Source of the DNA: Eledone cirrhosa
Lineage: Eukaryota
Reading direction: 5' to 3'
NCBI GenBank assembly: GCA_964016885.1
Contig: OZ024743.1
Coordinates: 52,514,001 to 52,578,000 of the forward strand
Length of the DNA: 64,000 bases
The notes beneath the pieces were generated by a model that worked only from the letters and a program-made list of their open reading frames with translations, was not told the DNA's origin and ran no database searches. Position 1 is the first letter of the stretch. Every line of letters begins with the position of its first letter. Shown in pieces: positions 24,940-41,011 of this stretch. The translations under genes were made by a program, and so were the position numbers.

Positions 24940-25440
24940 GCAATAACAACAGTAACAATATGAACAACAACAACAACAACTGCACTAATAATAACAGTAA
25001 CAACAACAACAACTGCACTAATAATAACAACAGTAGCAACAACTGCACTAATAATAACAACAGTAACAACAACTGCACTAATAACAACAACAACAGTAAC
25101 AATATGAACAACAACAACTGCACTAATAACAACAACAACAACAACAACTGCACTACTAACAACAACAACAGTAACAATATGAACAACAACAACAACTGCA
25201 CTAATAATAACAACAACAACAACAACAACTGCACTACTAACAACAACAGTAACAATATGAACAACAACAACTGCACTAATAATAATAACAACAACAACAA
25301 CAACTGCACTACTAACAACAACAACAGTAACAATATGAACAACAACTGCACTAATAACAACAACAACAACAACAACTGCACTAATAATAACAACAGTAAC
25401 AATATTGACAATAACAACAGCAACAACACAAATGATAATA
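24940..25440. repeat. Compound (AAC)n/(AAT)n repeat with recurrent TGCACT and AGTAACAATATG motifs
   Basis: Directly visible. Source of the poly-N/V/L ORFs. Confidence 0.95.
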
Positions 25441-25616
25441 ATTGTTTCTACTTTTGGCACAAGGCCAGCAATTACCCCAGTGTATTACTGGTACTTTATT
25501 TTATCGACCCCGTAAGCATGAAAGGCAAAGTTAACCTCGGCGGGATTTGAACTCAGAATGGCAAGGGCCGTAACTGCAAAGCATTGTGTCTGACCCTCTA
25601 CCGATACTGCCAAGCC
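25441..25616 (-). mobile_element. Family A SINE
   Basis: Reverse complement of the family A consensus, with its tail running into the AAT/AAC repeat. Confidence 0.9.
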
Positions 25617-25683
25617 GAAGTATGCAATCATTTTTGATAAGAAAAGAATTGTGACATTTTTATTATCTAATCCTTCTCCTCCC

Positions 25684-25897
25684 TCCTATACAGCTAGCCC
25701 TGACCCCACCCTGCCATACAACTAGCCCTGACCCCACCCTGCCATACAACTAGCCCTGACCCCACTCCCATACAGCTAGCCCTGACCCCACTCCCATACA
25801 GCTAGCCCTGACCCCACCCTCCCATACAGCTAGCCCTGACCCCACCCTCCCATACAGCTAGCCCTGACCCCCCCCATAAGCTAGCCCTGACCCCCCC
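25684..25897. repeat. Minisatellite, ~28-bp unit CCATACAGCTAGCCCTGACCCCACCCTC, ~8 copies
   Basis: Directly visible. Confidence 0.9.
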
Positions 25898-26269
25898 ATT
25901 CCATCTATCCCCACACCACTTATTTGTTACTCTACCCTTTGTTTCTCTTATGTCTATTTGTTGTAAATGTCCCTTTTCTTCACAGTTTTGTGTCTAGGAG
26001 TTGCTTCGCCCCTCAAGTGTCGGTGTCCTCTTACCTCCACCCTCGTCTGCTAACTTTTCTACGGTTGTTTTATTTATTGTTGTTGTTATCTCCCCTACTT
26101 AACACGTGCTAAATACATTTGCTGTTCTATATTCAATGATTCTGTTGGTGTATTTGTTTGTAGTTTGTTTTCTTTATATTACGATCTGACGTGTATCAAC
26201 TCAGTCTCCTCCTCCAGCTTTATAGCTTCGACCACAAACCCAGGTCCGCTGCCCGCAATGAGGAGCCGA

Positions 26270-26435
26270 ATATAGTCAAATACCGGGGCCTCTTTGCACC
26301 GGTCTCAGCTGATTTCCTCCGCAAAGTCAGAAAGACTGCGGCCCGCTCGAGGGAGCCCCGTCAAGTGAAATAGCTGCTGCAACGGGTGTCTGGCTATTCT
26401 CCGCGGTAACACTTTTGCCGTTGTCCTGGGGGCGC
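26270..26435 (+). mobile_element. Degenerate CRE-type LINE 3' fragment
   Basis: KYRGLFAP..ADFLRKV..AARSREPRQ..LLQRVS..ILRGNTFAV parallels 62340-62560. Confidence 0.65.
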
Positions 26436-27069
26436 GGCTAAGCCACTTCTCAGACTGGGGTGTAATGACTGCCTCACCTCTCCCTTTCTTTTACCGCTTG
26501 ATCCTTCTTTCACCCCCCCCCCCCTTTTCCTTTTCTGTTCCTTTTAGTAATCTGTTTGTTGTATATCTCCCCACTCCGATCAGTTCAAATCCCACCGATG
26601 TCAACTTTACTTTTTATCCTTTCGGGGGTCGACAAATATAGGGTCAATGAATTGGGGAAATTGTCAGAGCTGAACGGGATGGTTTGTGATATTTCATCTG
26701 ATTCTCTGTGTTCTGAGTTCAAGTTTTTCTGTCAGGGTTAGTAACCAGCGGACAGTAACAGCAATGGAAAGAGCAATAGAAACATTGTTTCTTTGGTCTG
26801 ATCTGATGATGAGCTCCTTTCTGTTGCTAAGAACTGCAACCGATAGACAGTATCAGCAGCGGAAAGAGCAACAGAAACACTGTTTCTTTGATCTCATCTG
26901 ACGATCGGCTCCATTCCCACACACACACCCATTATGTCAGGAGTTGTGACTAGTCAATAATATCAGTAATGGAAAAACCAATAGAAACATGGTTTACTTG
27001 ATCGGATCTGATGATCGGCTCCTTTCCTTTTCCTTGTTGTGTAGGTGGTAGTAGAATAATATATATATA

Positions 27070-27592
27070 TTAAAGTAATTTATGCTAAAACACAGCATAT
27101 AGGGGAAGACTTTAAAGTAATTTATGCTAAAACACAGTATATAGGGGAAGACTTTAAAGTAATGTATGCTAAAACACATTATATAGGGGAAGACTTTAAA
27201 GTAATTTATGCTAAAACACAGTATATAGGGGAAGACTTTAAAGTAATGTATGCTAAAACACAGTATATAGGGGAAGACTTTAAAGTAATTTATGCTAAAA
27301 CACAGTATATAGGGGAAGACTTTAACCCTTTTGCATTTAAACCAGCTGTATCTGACCAGAATTCTCTCACCTCTTTCGGTTCAAACTGGCCGTAACTTGC
27401 CACTCATACTGATGTTATGGTATTGTTCTCAACATGAATAATATCAAAATCTCATAGATTCAATATTATATGAGAAAGCATTTACCATAAAAATACAATA
27501 GTAAATATAGAGTAATGTAAATACTAAAGGGTTAAAGTAAATTTATGCTGGAACACAGTATATATGGGAGGACTTTAAAGTAAATTTATGCT
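27070..27592. repeat. 42-bp minisatellite TTAAAGTAATTTATGCTAAAACACAGTATATAGGGGAAGACT interrupted by a piggyBac MITE
   Basis: Six units before the insertion and ~1.5 after it. Confidence 0.92.
27326..27531. mobile_element. piggyBac-type MITE with TTAA TSD
   Basis: TTAA(27322-27325)-CCCTTT...AAAGGG-TTAA(27532-27535). Neighbouring minisatellite units show the empty site. Confidence 0.92.
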
Positions 27593-27903
27593 ACCATTTT
27601 AGTTGTGTTTTTTTTAAATAGAGGACTTCGCTGTGAATAAAAAAAGTGTGGAATGTAAATACTTCATAGTTTTTACATCTAAGGTTGCTAATTACAAAAA
27701 AGAATAGCTATGTCCACCTTAGGTTTTCCTTAAGAAGTGTAAATACATTCACAGAAAAAGGTTTCGTATTAACCCACAATTATGTGTACAATGAAATAAC
27801 AACCGACAAGTGATGCGTATATATCTTTTGTATCTAAACCATAACCTGGTGTGTGTCTGTGTGAGTAAGTGTGTGTGTGAGTGTGTCTCTGTGTGTGTGG
27901 TGC

Positions 27904-27967
<64 letters not shown>

Positions 27968-28381
27968 TTTGTATCTAAGCCATAACCTGGTGTGTGTGAG
28001 TGTGTCTGTGTGTGTCTATGTGTGTGCGTGTGTATGTCTATCTATGTCTATGTGTGTAAGTGTATGTCTGTCTATGCCTATGCCTGTGTGTGTGTGTGTG
28101 TGTCTATGTGTGTGTGATCATGAGATGTAATGTGGTTGAGGTCTCAGTATATGAAGGAGGAGGAGGTGTTTCCATACAATAGATAAAAGTGTTGAGGTGG
28201 TAGGTGGGGTGGCTTGAGAGTGGTAGACAGAAGTGAAAGATGAGGGGCTAGCAAAGGTAGACTGAGGGTGGGGAGACACCTGTCTGTTGGCCCCACCCCC
28301 CTCAACAATGATGTGTTGATATTTAAACTATTTTCATGTCAACTAACCTGACTAATAATTACAGAACATCAGCAATTTAGA

Positions 28382-29110
28382 TATCATCATCATCGGCATT
28401 GTTGTCATCATTATCACTATCACCACCATCACCATCACCATCACCATCATCACTATCACTATCACCACCATCATCATCACTATCACCACCATCATCATCA
28501 CTATCACTATCACCACCATCACCATCACCATCACCACCATCACCATCACTATCACCACCATCATCATCACTATCACCATCACCACCATCACCATCACTAT
28601 CACCACCATCATCATCACTATCACTATCACCATCACCATCATCACCATCATCACAATCATCATCACTATCACCACCATCATCATCACTATCACCATCACC
28701 ACCATCACCATCACCATCACTATCACCACCATCACTATCACCACCATCATCACCACTATCACCACCATCACCATCACCACCATCACTATTATCACCATCA
28801 CCATCATCATCACCACTATCACCATCACCATCACCACCATCACTATCACCACCATCACCACTATCACCATCACCACTATCACCATCACCACCATCACTAT
28901 TATCACCATCACCATCATCATCATCGGCATTGTTGTCATCACTATCATCATCATTGCTACCATCATCATTGTCATCACCACCCCAATCACCATCGTCATC
29001 ACCTCCCACCATCACCATCGTCACCCCCCCCCCATCACCACCATCGTCATCACCTCCCACCATCACCATCGTCATCACCATCGTCATCACCCCCACCATC
29101 ACCATCACCA
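28382..29110. repeat. (CAT/CAC/TAT)n trinucleotide low-complexity tract
   Basis: Directly visible. Source of the D/G-, S/P- and M/V-rich ORFs. Confidence 0.95.
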
Positions 29111-29449
29111 TGTATTTTATATCTATTTTTGCCATGCTGACATGAGACCTTTTGAGACACAACTCTACAGCTGGTTGTACTTACTGCCGCCAAAAGTGGT
29201 TTTATAAAACACGTTACAGATCTTTGAACGTCTAACCACTGAGCCGCGGGACTACTCTTTATGTAGGACGTAAACAAATATTACTGCTTGTCACGTCAAA
29301 TATATGAAGTAGCCAAGTGGAAACTTCGAAGTTACTGCCATTTTTCTCAACAGAAAAAAAGACACTGTACGTAATGAGTGTTCATTCAGTTCATGTTTGA
29401 ATGTTTTAAGTACAACGGTATTTTAGACACACACACATATATATATTGT

Positions 29450-29665
29450 GAAGGCGTGTGGCTGAGTGGTTAGAGAATTGAATTCGCAATCTTGAGGTTG
29501 TGAGTTCCATTCCTGGACCGGGCGATGCGTTGTGTCCTTGGGCAAGACACTTTATTTCACGTTGCTCCTTCTACCTGGAGTTGCGATCGATAGATAGTAT
29601 TAGCAACTGGAACAACCAATGGAAACATTGTTTCCTCGGTCCGATTTGACGAAAGTCGATCGATC
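29450..29665 (+). mobile_element. tRNA-derived SINE, family B
   Basis: GAAGGCGTGTGGCTGAGTGGTTAGAG..GAGTTCCATTCC..GTGTCCTTGGGCAAGACACTTTATTTCACGTTGCTCC. Homologous to 45352-45556. Confidence 0.85.
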
Positions 29666-29789
29666 CTTTATATATATATATACGGAAGATATATACATAA
29701 ATTAAAAAGTAACAATGGCGGTGATTGTGTCCTTTGCATAAGTTGAACGGGGCTTTTTCAACAACTCACCACATGCTGCGTTTCTTCGT

Positions 29790-30775
29790 CATCTCTGACA
29801 CTCAGCGACTTTAGATCAGCTCTCACCGCCTCTGCCCAGGTCTTTCTCGGTCTACCTCTACTGTAGCTTTATTCCACTGATATTTCCCGGCACTTCTTCA
29901 CCCATCGATCATTATCCAAGCCCATCCCGTGTTCGTACCAATGTAGTCTTCTCTCCTGTACATCACCTCGGATTCTCTTAAACCCAGTTTCTCCATCAGT
30001 TAATCCAAGCTCTACCTTTCTCTCACATTTACATCGCACACCCAACGAAACATCGCTGCTTCATTTCTCTCCAGTCTACACATATCTTCTGCAGTCATTG
30101 CCCAAGTTTCACTACCATGCAGCATCAAACTTCGCACACAGGTGTCTTTTTATACTCAACGAGAAGCCTTTTGTTGTCAACAATAGGCGTAGTTCTCTAA
30201 ACTTCTTCCATTCTATCTTTATCCAAGCTATTATGCTCCAAAAACACCCTCCTCCGCGGCTAATGAATTCACCTAGATAGTAGAAGCTATCAACTTGGAT
30301 CCTTCATGTGATTGAAAAAGGGTTTATATCACTGATACACTTCCCCTCGATTACCTCTATGCATCTTTTACATACAAAGTTTTGCCTTCATGTTAATCTA
30401 CCCATCATCCAAATACATCTCTTGAGTACCCAAGATTTACATCATGTACATCACACAGAGTTTATGCCTACTTCCCATATTGAGCAGGGCCACTTCCCTG
30501 AAGGAATCAATGTCCTATCTTCTTTCCTACTTACTAGCAATTTAGTTTTGGTTAAGTTTACTTTCAAACCTTTTAATTCCAAATTCTGATTCCATAGTCG
30601 GAACTCATTTTCTCGTTCTTTGATGGATTCGGCTATAAGGACCAAATCATCTGCATAGAAAAATTCCCACTGCCCTCACAAGCCATTCGTCTATACCTAA
30701 TTTCCTTAAGGTGCACCAGATAATAGATTAAGGTCCTCTGTCAAAAGCCTTTTTCGGATCAACAAAAGCTAAATA
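29790..30775 (-). mobile_element. Degenerate, internally deleted RTE LINE (same family as 1-2120)
   Basis: Minus strand AFVDPKKAFDR, FYADDLVLIAES..WNQNLELKGLKVNLTKTK and GRPRKTWAEAVRADL. Many stops and frameshifts. Confidence 0.85.
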
Positions 30776-30801
30776 TAGTGGCTTATTTTTATGTATGTAT
30801 A

Positions 30802-30889
<88 letters not shown>

Positions 30890-31162
30890 AAAGATATATA
30901 TGTTGCCTATGCTGTATCCAATATAGCAATGGAAGGGAAATGACTTTTATTTCAGTTCTTGTGGTTTTAGTTGCTTCAGCCAAAAAGTTTGAGATAATTT
31001 CGAAATAAAAAGTTCTTATGGTGTCTGCAGTCACCAATAATTTCTGAACGTTGAGTTTAATAGCTTGAAATAATCTCTATGGGGAGTGGACGAAACATAC
31101 TACTACTATTACTAATATATATACATATATACATATACACATATATATATATATATATGTAG

Positions 31163-31322
31163 GTGTTACAATTGTTTCGCCGACAGGTAGCCCGAGACAT
31201 GATCACTGTATGGATCTGGCTGATTCTACGGCTGCAGGTTCTTCGGACACATGCAATTCTTTCTGAGCAAATTTTCTCAAGATCATGTCTCGAGCTACCC
31301 GCCGGCGAAACAATTGTAACAC
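31163..31322. repeat. Fold-back element with 42-bp inverted arms and a minus-strand hammerhead-like motif
   Basis: GTGTTACAATTGTTTCGCCGACAGGTAGCCCGAGACATGATC / GATCATGTCTCGAGCTACCCGCCGGCGAAACAATTGTAACAC. The minus strand reads GTGT-CCGAAGA..CGAAA-CAATTG-TA-ACAC. Confidence 0.8.
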
Positions 31323-31630
31323 GCAATAAACTGAGTCCACATGCATCACTGATTTTTCGTTTTTAAACTATTCACACTCTGCTTTGTAAGAATATTGAGT
31401 GCTAATATTGGCATACCGCTTATGGAAGCTCCATAGCTACCATTAAACACACGTATATATATGTACATATATATATACACATATATGTATATACATATAC
31501 ATATACACATATATATATATACACGTATATATATATACACACATATATATATATATACATATATATATACACATATATATATACATACATATATATATAC
31601 ACATATATATATACATATATATATATACAC

Positions 31631-31801
<171 letters not shown>

Positions 31802-31802
31802 C

Positions 31803-31857
<55 letters not shown>

Positions 31858-31878
31858 CATATATATATACATATATAC

Positions 31879-31927
<49 letters not shown>

Positions 31928-31954
31928 GATATACATATATATATACATATATAC

Positions 31955-32005
<51 letters not shown>

Positions 32006-32006
32006 C

Positions 32007-32245
<239 letters not shown>

Positions 32246-32267
32246 CATATATATTTATATATATACA

Positions 32268-32545
<278 letters not shown>

Positions 32546-32546
32546 C

Positions 32547-32657
<111 letters not shown>

Positions 32658-32658
32658 C

Positions 32659-32861
<203 letters not shown>

Positions 32862-32930
32862 CATATATATACATATATATATATACATATATACATATAT
32901 ATATATACATATATACATATATATATATAC

Positions 32931-32975
<45 letters not shown>

Positions 32976-33010
32976 CATATATAGATATATATATACATAT
33001 ATATATATAC

Positions 33011-33059
<49 letters not shown>

Positions 33060-33285
33060 CATATATATATATGTATATATATATACATATATATACATAT
33101 ATATATATATATACATATATATACATATATATACATATACATATATACATATATATACATATACATATATACATATATATACATATACATATATACATAT
33201 ATATACATATATATACATATATACACATATACATATATACATATATACATATATATATACATACATATATATATATACATACATA

Positions 33286-33323
<38 letters not shown>

Positions 33324-33330
33324 CATATAG

Positions 33331-33382
<52 letters not shown>

Positions 33383-33384
33383 AC

Positions 33385-33429
<45 letters not shown>

Positions 33430-33521
33430 CATATACACATATATATATACACATATATATATACACATATATATATACACATATATATATATACACATAT
33501 ATATATACACATATATATATA

Positions 33522-33563
<42 letters not shown>

Positions 33564-33676
33564 CATATATATACATACATATATATATATACATATATAT
33601 ATATATACATATATACATATATATACATATATACATATATACATATATATACATACATATATATATACATATATAC

Positions 33677-33716
<40 letters not shown>

Positions 33717-33874
33717 ACATATATACATATATATACATACATATATATATATACATATATATATATACATATATATACATATATATATATATATATACAT
33801 ATATATACATATATATATATATACATATATATACATATATATACATATATATATATATATACATATATATATAC

Positions 33875-33905
<31 letters not shown>

Positions 33906-33930
33906 CACATATATATATATACATATATAC

Positions 33931-33998
<68 letters not shown>

Positions 33999-34066
33999 TT
34001 CGTTTCTGAATTTGTTTAGCAAGATTCTTTATCTGAAATCGTGTGTTGAAACCGATATTGTTATAC

Positions 34067-34100
<34 letters not shown>

Positions 34101-34116
34101 ACATATATACATATAT

Positions 34117-34157
<41 letters not shown>

Positions 34158-34456
34158 TACATATATATACATATATACATATATACATATATATACATAT
34201 AAACATATATATACATATATATACATATATATACATATATACATATATATACATATATATACACATATATATACATATATACATATATACATATATATAC
34301 ATATATACATATATATATATATACACATATATATACATATATATATATATACATATATACATATATATACATATATACATATATATATATATACACATAT
34401 ATATACATATATACATATATACATATATATATACATATATATACACATATATATAC

Positions 34457-34533
<77 letters not shown>

Positions 34534-34568
34534 TATACATATATATATATACATATATATATATATAC

Positions 34569-34645
<77 letters not shown>

Positions 34646-34859
34646 TATATATATATATACACATATATATACATATATATATATATACATATATATATAC
34701 ATACATATATATGGTGGCTGCCAACTCGTTTTCGAGTACGGCCACTACTTTACATCCATGTAAGATAACCCCTACCGAAGCGCTGAACGAGTGTGACTTT
34801 TTAGTCCAGCCAGCGACTTGAAACCTCTGGTACAAACACTACACTTGTGACAATTATTG

Positions 34860-35362
34860 ACACATAGTGCTGGGCCCATGGTACCATGTGACGACAAGTG
34901 CAGAGAGATCTCCAGATATAAAGCAATGCCTGTGCCGTGAAGCTTTTATAGTGAGCAAAGGCACTGCACAAAGCCAGTCCCACTCTCTTAACCAAGATGA
35001 TATTTACCAAAAAGAAGAACAAGTCAACATCATTGGATACCATCAGGGTTGCAGGTGCTATATCAGAGTTTTCCTTCTCCTAGAATTCTGCCTTGACAAA
35101 GGCTAAGGGGTCATCTCTCCCGGTGATTTTGGATGGCCATTGACTCTTAAGAGCTCCTTTGCCCTTTGACAGGTTTTGTTTTTAGTCCTGCAGGATGTCC
35201 AAAGTCACCCTCCTCACCAAGAAACCTTGGTGGGGTTGCCAGTTTAGTCGCCAACGACCCGACCATGAGACAGGTTGTACTGGGATACATGTTACCAGTA
35301 GCACCAACTGGTGACCTGACATAGTGACGGCCGAATCGAAACGCCGCCGCACGGCCTGCGAA
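34860..35362 (-). mobile_element. RTE-type LINE 5' UTR fragment / non-autonomous derivative
   Basis: Contains CTAGGAGAAGGAAAACTC and GGCGACTAAACTGG motifs that I associate with RTE 5' UTRs. Part of it is homologous to 16575-16695 on the + strand. Confidence 0.55.
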
Positions 35363-35649
35363 CATACATACATATATACATACATACATACATACATACA
35401 TACATGTATGTATGTATATATATATACATACATATATATGTATGTATGTATATATATATATATACATACATATATATGTATGTATGTATATATATACACA
35501 CATACATACATATATATGCATGCATGCATATATATATACATACATACATACATATATATGTATGTATGTATATATATACATACATACACATATATGCATG
35601 CATGCATATATATACATACATACATATATATGTATCATCATCATCATCA

Positions 35650-35986
35650 TCATTTCATTTTACGTCCGCTTTTTCCCTGCTTGCAAGGGTGGGACGGGAA
35701 CTGATTCTGGCTTGATTTCTACAGCTGGATGCCCTTCCTAACACCAACCTCATTTTACAGTGAGTGCTGGGTGCTTTTTTTTTTGCCGTGGCACCTCCAC
35801 GACCACTTTGCAGTGGTATGATAGGGACCCCAGTCCCTATCATCTCATTTCTACAGCTGAGTAAACTGGAGCAATGTGAAATAAAGTGTCTTGCTCAAGG
35901 AAACAACACATCACCCGGTCTGAGAATTGAACTCACAACCTTTCGATTGCAAGGCCAATGCTCTAACCACTAAGCCATGTGCCTCC
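35650..35986 (-). mobile_element. Family B-related SINE
   Basis: Minus head GGAGGCACATGGCTTAGTGGTTAGAGCATTGG..GAGTTCAATTC..TTCCTTGAGCAAGACACTTTATTTCAC. Confidence 0.8.
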
Positions 35987-36159
35987 ATGTATGTATATAT
36001 ATATATACATGTATGTATATATATACATATACATACATACATACATACGTATATATATATATATATATACATACATACATACATACATATATACATACAT
36101 ACACATACATACATACATATACATACATACATATATATATATATACATACATACATATA

Positions 36160-36223
<64 letters not shown>

Positions 36224-36404
36224 CATACATACATACATATATATATACATACATACAATACATACATACATACATACATATATATATACATACATACATA
36301 CATATACATACATACATACATATATATATACATACATACATACATATATATATATATACATACATACATATATATATATATACATACATACATACATACA
36401 TATA

Positions 36405-36440
<36 letters not shown>

Positions 36441-36449
36441 CATACATAC

Positions 36450-36483
<34 letters not shown>

Positions 36484-36717
36484 ATACATACATATATACA
36501 CATATACATATATACATATACATACATATATATATATATACATACATATATATACATATACATACATATATATATATATACATACATACATACACATATA
36601 CATACATATATATATATATACATACATACATATATACATACATACATACATATATATATATACATACATACATACATATACATACATACATATATATACA
36701 TACATACATACATATAC

Positions 36718-36751
<34 letters not shown>

Positions 36752-36966
36752 ACATACATATATATATATACATACATATATATATATACATACATACATA
36801 TATATACATACATACATATATATACATACATACATATATATACATACATACATATATATATATACATACATATATATATACATACATACATATATATACA
36901 TACATACAAACATATATATATACATACATATATATATACATACATATATATATACATACATACATA

Positions 36967-37006
<40 letters not shown>

Positions 37007-37018
37007 CATACATACATA

Positions 37019-37050
<32 letters not shown>

Positions 37051-37103
37051 CATATATATACATACATACATATATATACATACATACAATATATATACAT
37101 ACA

Positions 37104-37141
<38 letters not shown>

Positions 37142-37413
37142 ATATACATACATATATATATATATACTATACATATATATATACATACATATATATATAC
37201 ATACATATATATATACATACATATACATATACATATATATATATATACATATATATATATACATACATATATATATACATACATACATATATATATACAT
37301 ACATACATATATATATACATACATATATATATACATACATACATATATATATACATACATACACATATATATATATACATACATATACATACATATATAT
37401 ATACATACATACA

Positions 37414-37445
<32 letters not shown>

Positions 37446-37449
37446 CATA

Positions 37450-37481
<32 letters not shown>

Positions 37482-37895
37482 CATATATATATAATATACA
37501 AATATATACATACATACATATATAATATATACATATATATACATACATATAATACTATATATATACATATATATACATACATATATATATATATATACAT
37601 ACATATACATATATACATATATATACATACATACATATATACACATACATACATACATACATATACATACATACATACTATATACATACATATATACATA
37701 TATATACATACATACATATATACATACATACATACATATACATACATACATACATATACAATACATATATATATACATACATACATATATATATACATAC
37801 ATACATATATATATACATACATACATATATATATACATACATATACATACATACATATATACATACATACATACATACATATATACATACATACA

Positions 37896-37931
<36 letters not shown>

Positions 37932-38299
37932 CATACATATATACATACATACATACATACATATATACATACATACATATATACATATATATACATACAT
38001 ACATACATATAATACATACATATACATACATATATATACATACATACTATATACATACATACATATATATACATACATACATATATACATACATACATAT
38101 ACATACATACATATATATATATACATACATACATATACATATATACATACATACATATATACATACATATATATATATACATATATATATATACATACAT
38201 ACATATATATATATACATATATACATATATACATATACATACAATATACATATAATATACATATATAATACATATACATATATATACATAAATATATAC

Positions 38300-38330
<31 letters not shown>

Positions 38331-38544
38331 CATATATATACTATATATACATATATATACATATATACATATATACATATATATAAACATATATATACAT
38401 ATATACTATAACATATATATACATATATATATATATACATATATATACATATATATATACATATACAACACATATATACATATATACAACACATATACAT
38501 ATATATATACATATATACATATATATATATATAATACATATATA

Positions 38545-38744
38545 NNNNNNNNNNNNNNNNNNNNNNNNNNNNNNNNNNNNNNNNNNNNNNNNNNNNNNNN
38601 NNNNNNNNNNNNNNNNNNNNNNNNNNNNNNNNNNNNNNNNNNNNNNNNNNNNNNNNNNNNNNNNNNNNNNNNNNNNNNNNNNNNNNNNNNNNNNNNNNNN
38701 NNNNNNNNNNNNNNNNNNNNNNNNNNNNNNNNNNNNNNNNNNNN
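38545..38744. other. Assembly gap (200 N)
   Basis: Run of N. Confidence 0.99.
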
Positions 38745-39109
38745 TATACATACATATACACATATACATACATACATATATATATATATATACATATACA
38801 TACATACATACATATATACATATATATACATATACATACATACATATATATATATATATACATATACATACATACATATATATATATATATACATATACA
38901 TACATACATATATATATATATATACATATACATACATACATATATATATATACATATACATACATACATATATATATACATATACATATACACACATACA
39001 TATATATATATACATATACATACATACATATATATATATACATATACATACATACATATATATATATACATATACATACATACATATATATATATATATA
39101 CACATATAC

Positions 39110-39142
<33 letters not shown>

Positions 39143-39149
39143 CATATAT

Positions 39150-39182
<33 letters not shown>

Positions 39183-39355
39183 TATATATACACATATATA
39201 TATACATACATATATATATACATATATATATATACATATATATATACATATATATATACATATATATATACATATATATATACATATATATATATACATA
39301 TATATATACATATATATATATATACATATATATACATATATATACATATATATAC

Positions 39356-39390
<35 letters not shown>

Positions 39391-39401
39391 CATATATATA
39401 C

Positions 39402-39432
<31 letters not shown>

Positions 39433-39443
39433 CATATATATAC

Positions 39444-39494
<51 letters not shown>

Positions 39495-39541
39495 CATATA
39501 TATACATATATACATATATATATATATATACATATATATAC

Positions 39542-39624
<83 letters not shown>

Positions 39625-39635
39625 CATATATATAC

Positions 39636-39666
<31 letters not shown>

Positions 39667-39810
39667 CATATATATACATATATATATATATACATATATA
39701 TACATATATATATATATACATATATATACATATATATATACATATACATATATATACATATATATATATATACATATATATACATATATATATATATACA
39801 TATATATACA

Positions 39811-39860
<50 letters not shown>

Positions 39861-39866
39861 TATACA

Positions 39867-39908
<42 letters not shown>

Positions 39909-40081
39909 CATATATATACATATATATATATACATATATATACATATATATATATATACATATATATACATATATATATATACATATATATACATATATA
40001 TATATATATACATATATATACATATATATATATATACATATATACATATACATATATATACATATATATATACATATATAC

Positions 40082-40114
<33 letters not shown>

Positions 40115-40401
40115 CATATATATACATATATATATATATATACATATATATACATATATATATATATATATACATACATATATATATATATATACATATA
40201 TATACATATATATACGTATATATATATATACATATATACATATACATATATATACATATATATATATACATATATACATATATACATATATATACATATA
40301 CATATATATACATATATACACATATATACATATATATATACATATATATATATACACATATATATATATATATACACACATATATATATATATATACACA
40401 C

Positions 40402-40456
<55 letters not shown>

Positions 40457-40715
40457 CATATATATACATACATATATATACATATATATATATACATATA
40501 TATACATACATATATATATATACATATATATATATATACATATATACATATATATACATACATATATATATATACATATATACATATATATACATACATA
40601 TATATATATACATATATACATATATATACATACATATATATATATACATATATATATATACATATATACATATACATATATACATATATATACATATATA
40701 TATATACATATATAC

Positions 40716-40762
<47 letters not shown>

Positions 40763-40773
40763 CATATATATAC

Positions 40774-40806
<33 letters not shown>

Positions 40807-40822
40807 CATACATATATATACA

Positions 40823-40856
<34 letters not shown>

Positions 40857-40949
40857 CATATATATACATATATATATATATATACATATATATATACATA
40901 TATATATATACATATATATATATACACATATATATATATACATATATAC

Positions 40950-41011
<62 letters not shown>

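Noticed and set aside
24684-25550. Poly-Asn/Cys and poly-Val/Leu ORFs
   Set aside because: AAC-based compound repeat extending from a SINE tail
28352-29162. Asp/Gly-rich or Ser/Pro-rich ORFs resembling biomineralisation or extensin proteins
   Set aside because: Trinucleotide low-complexity tract open in several frames, with no splice or domain evidence
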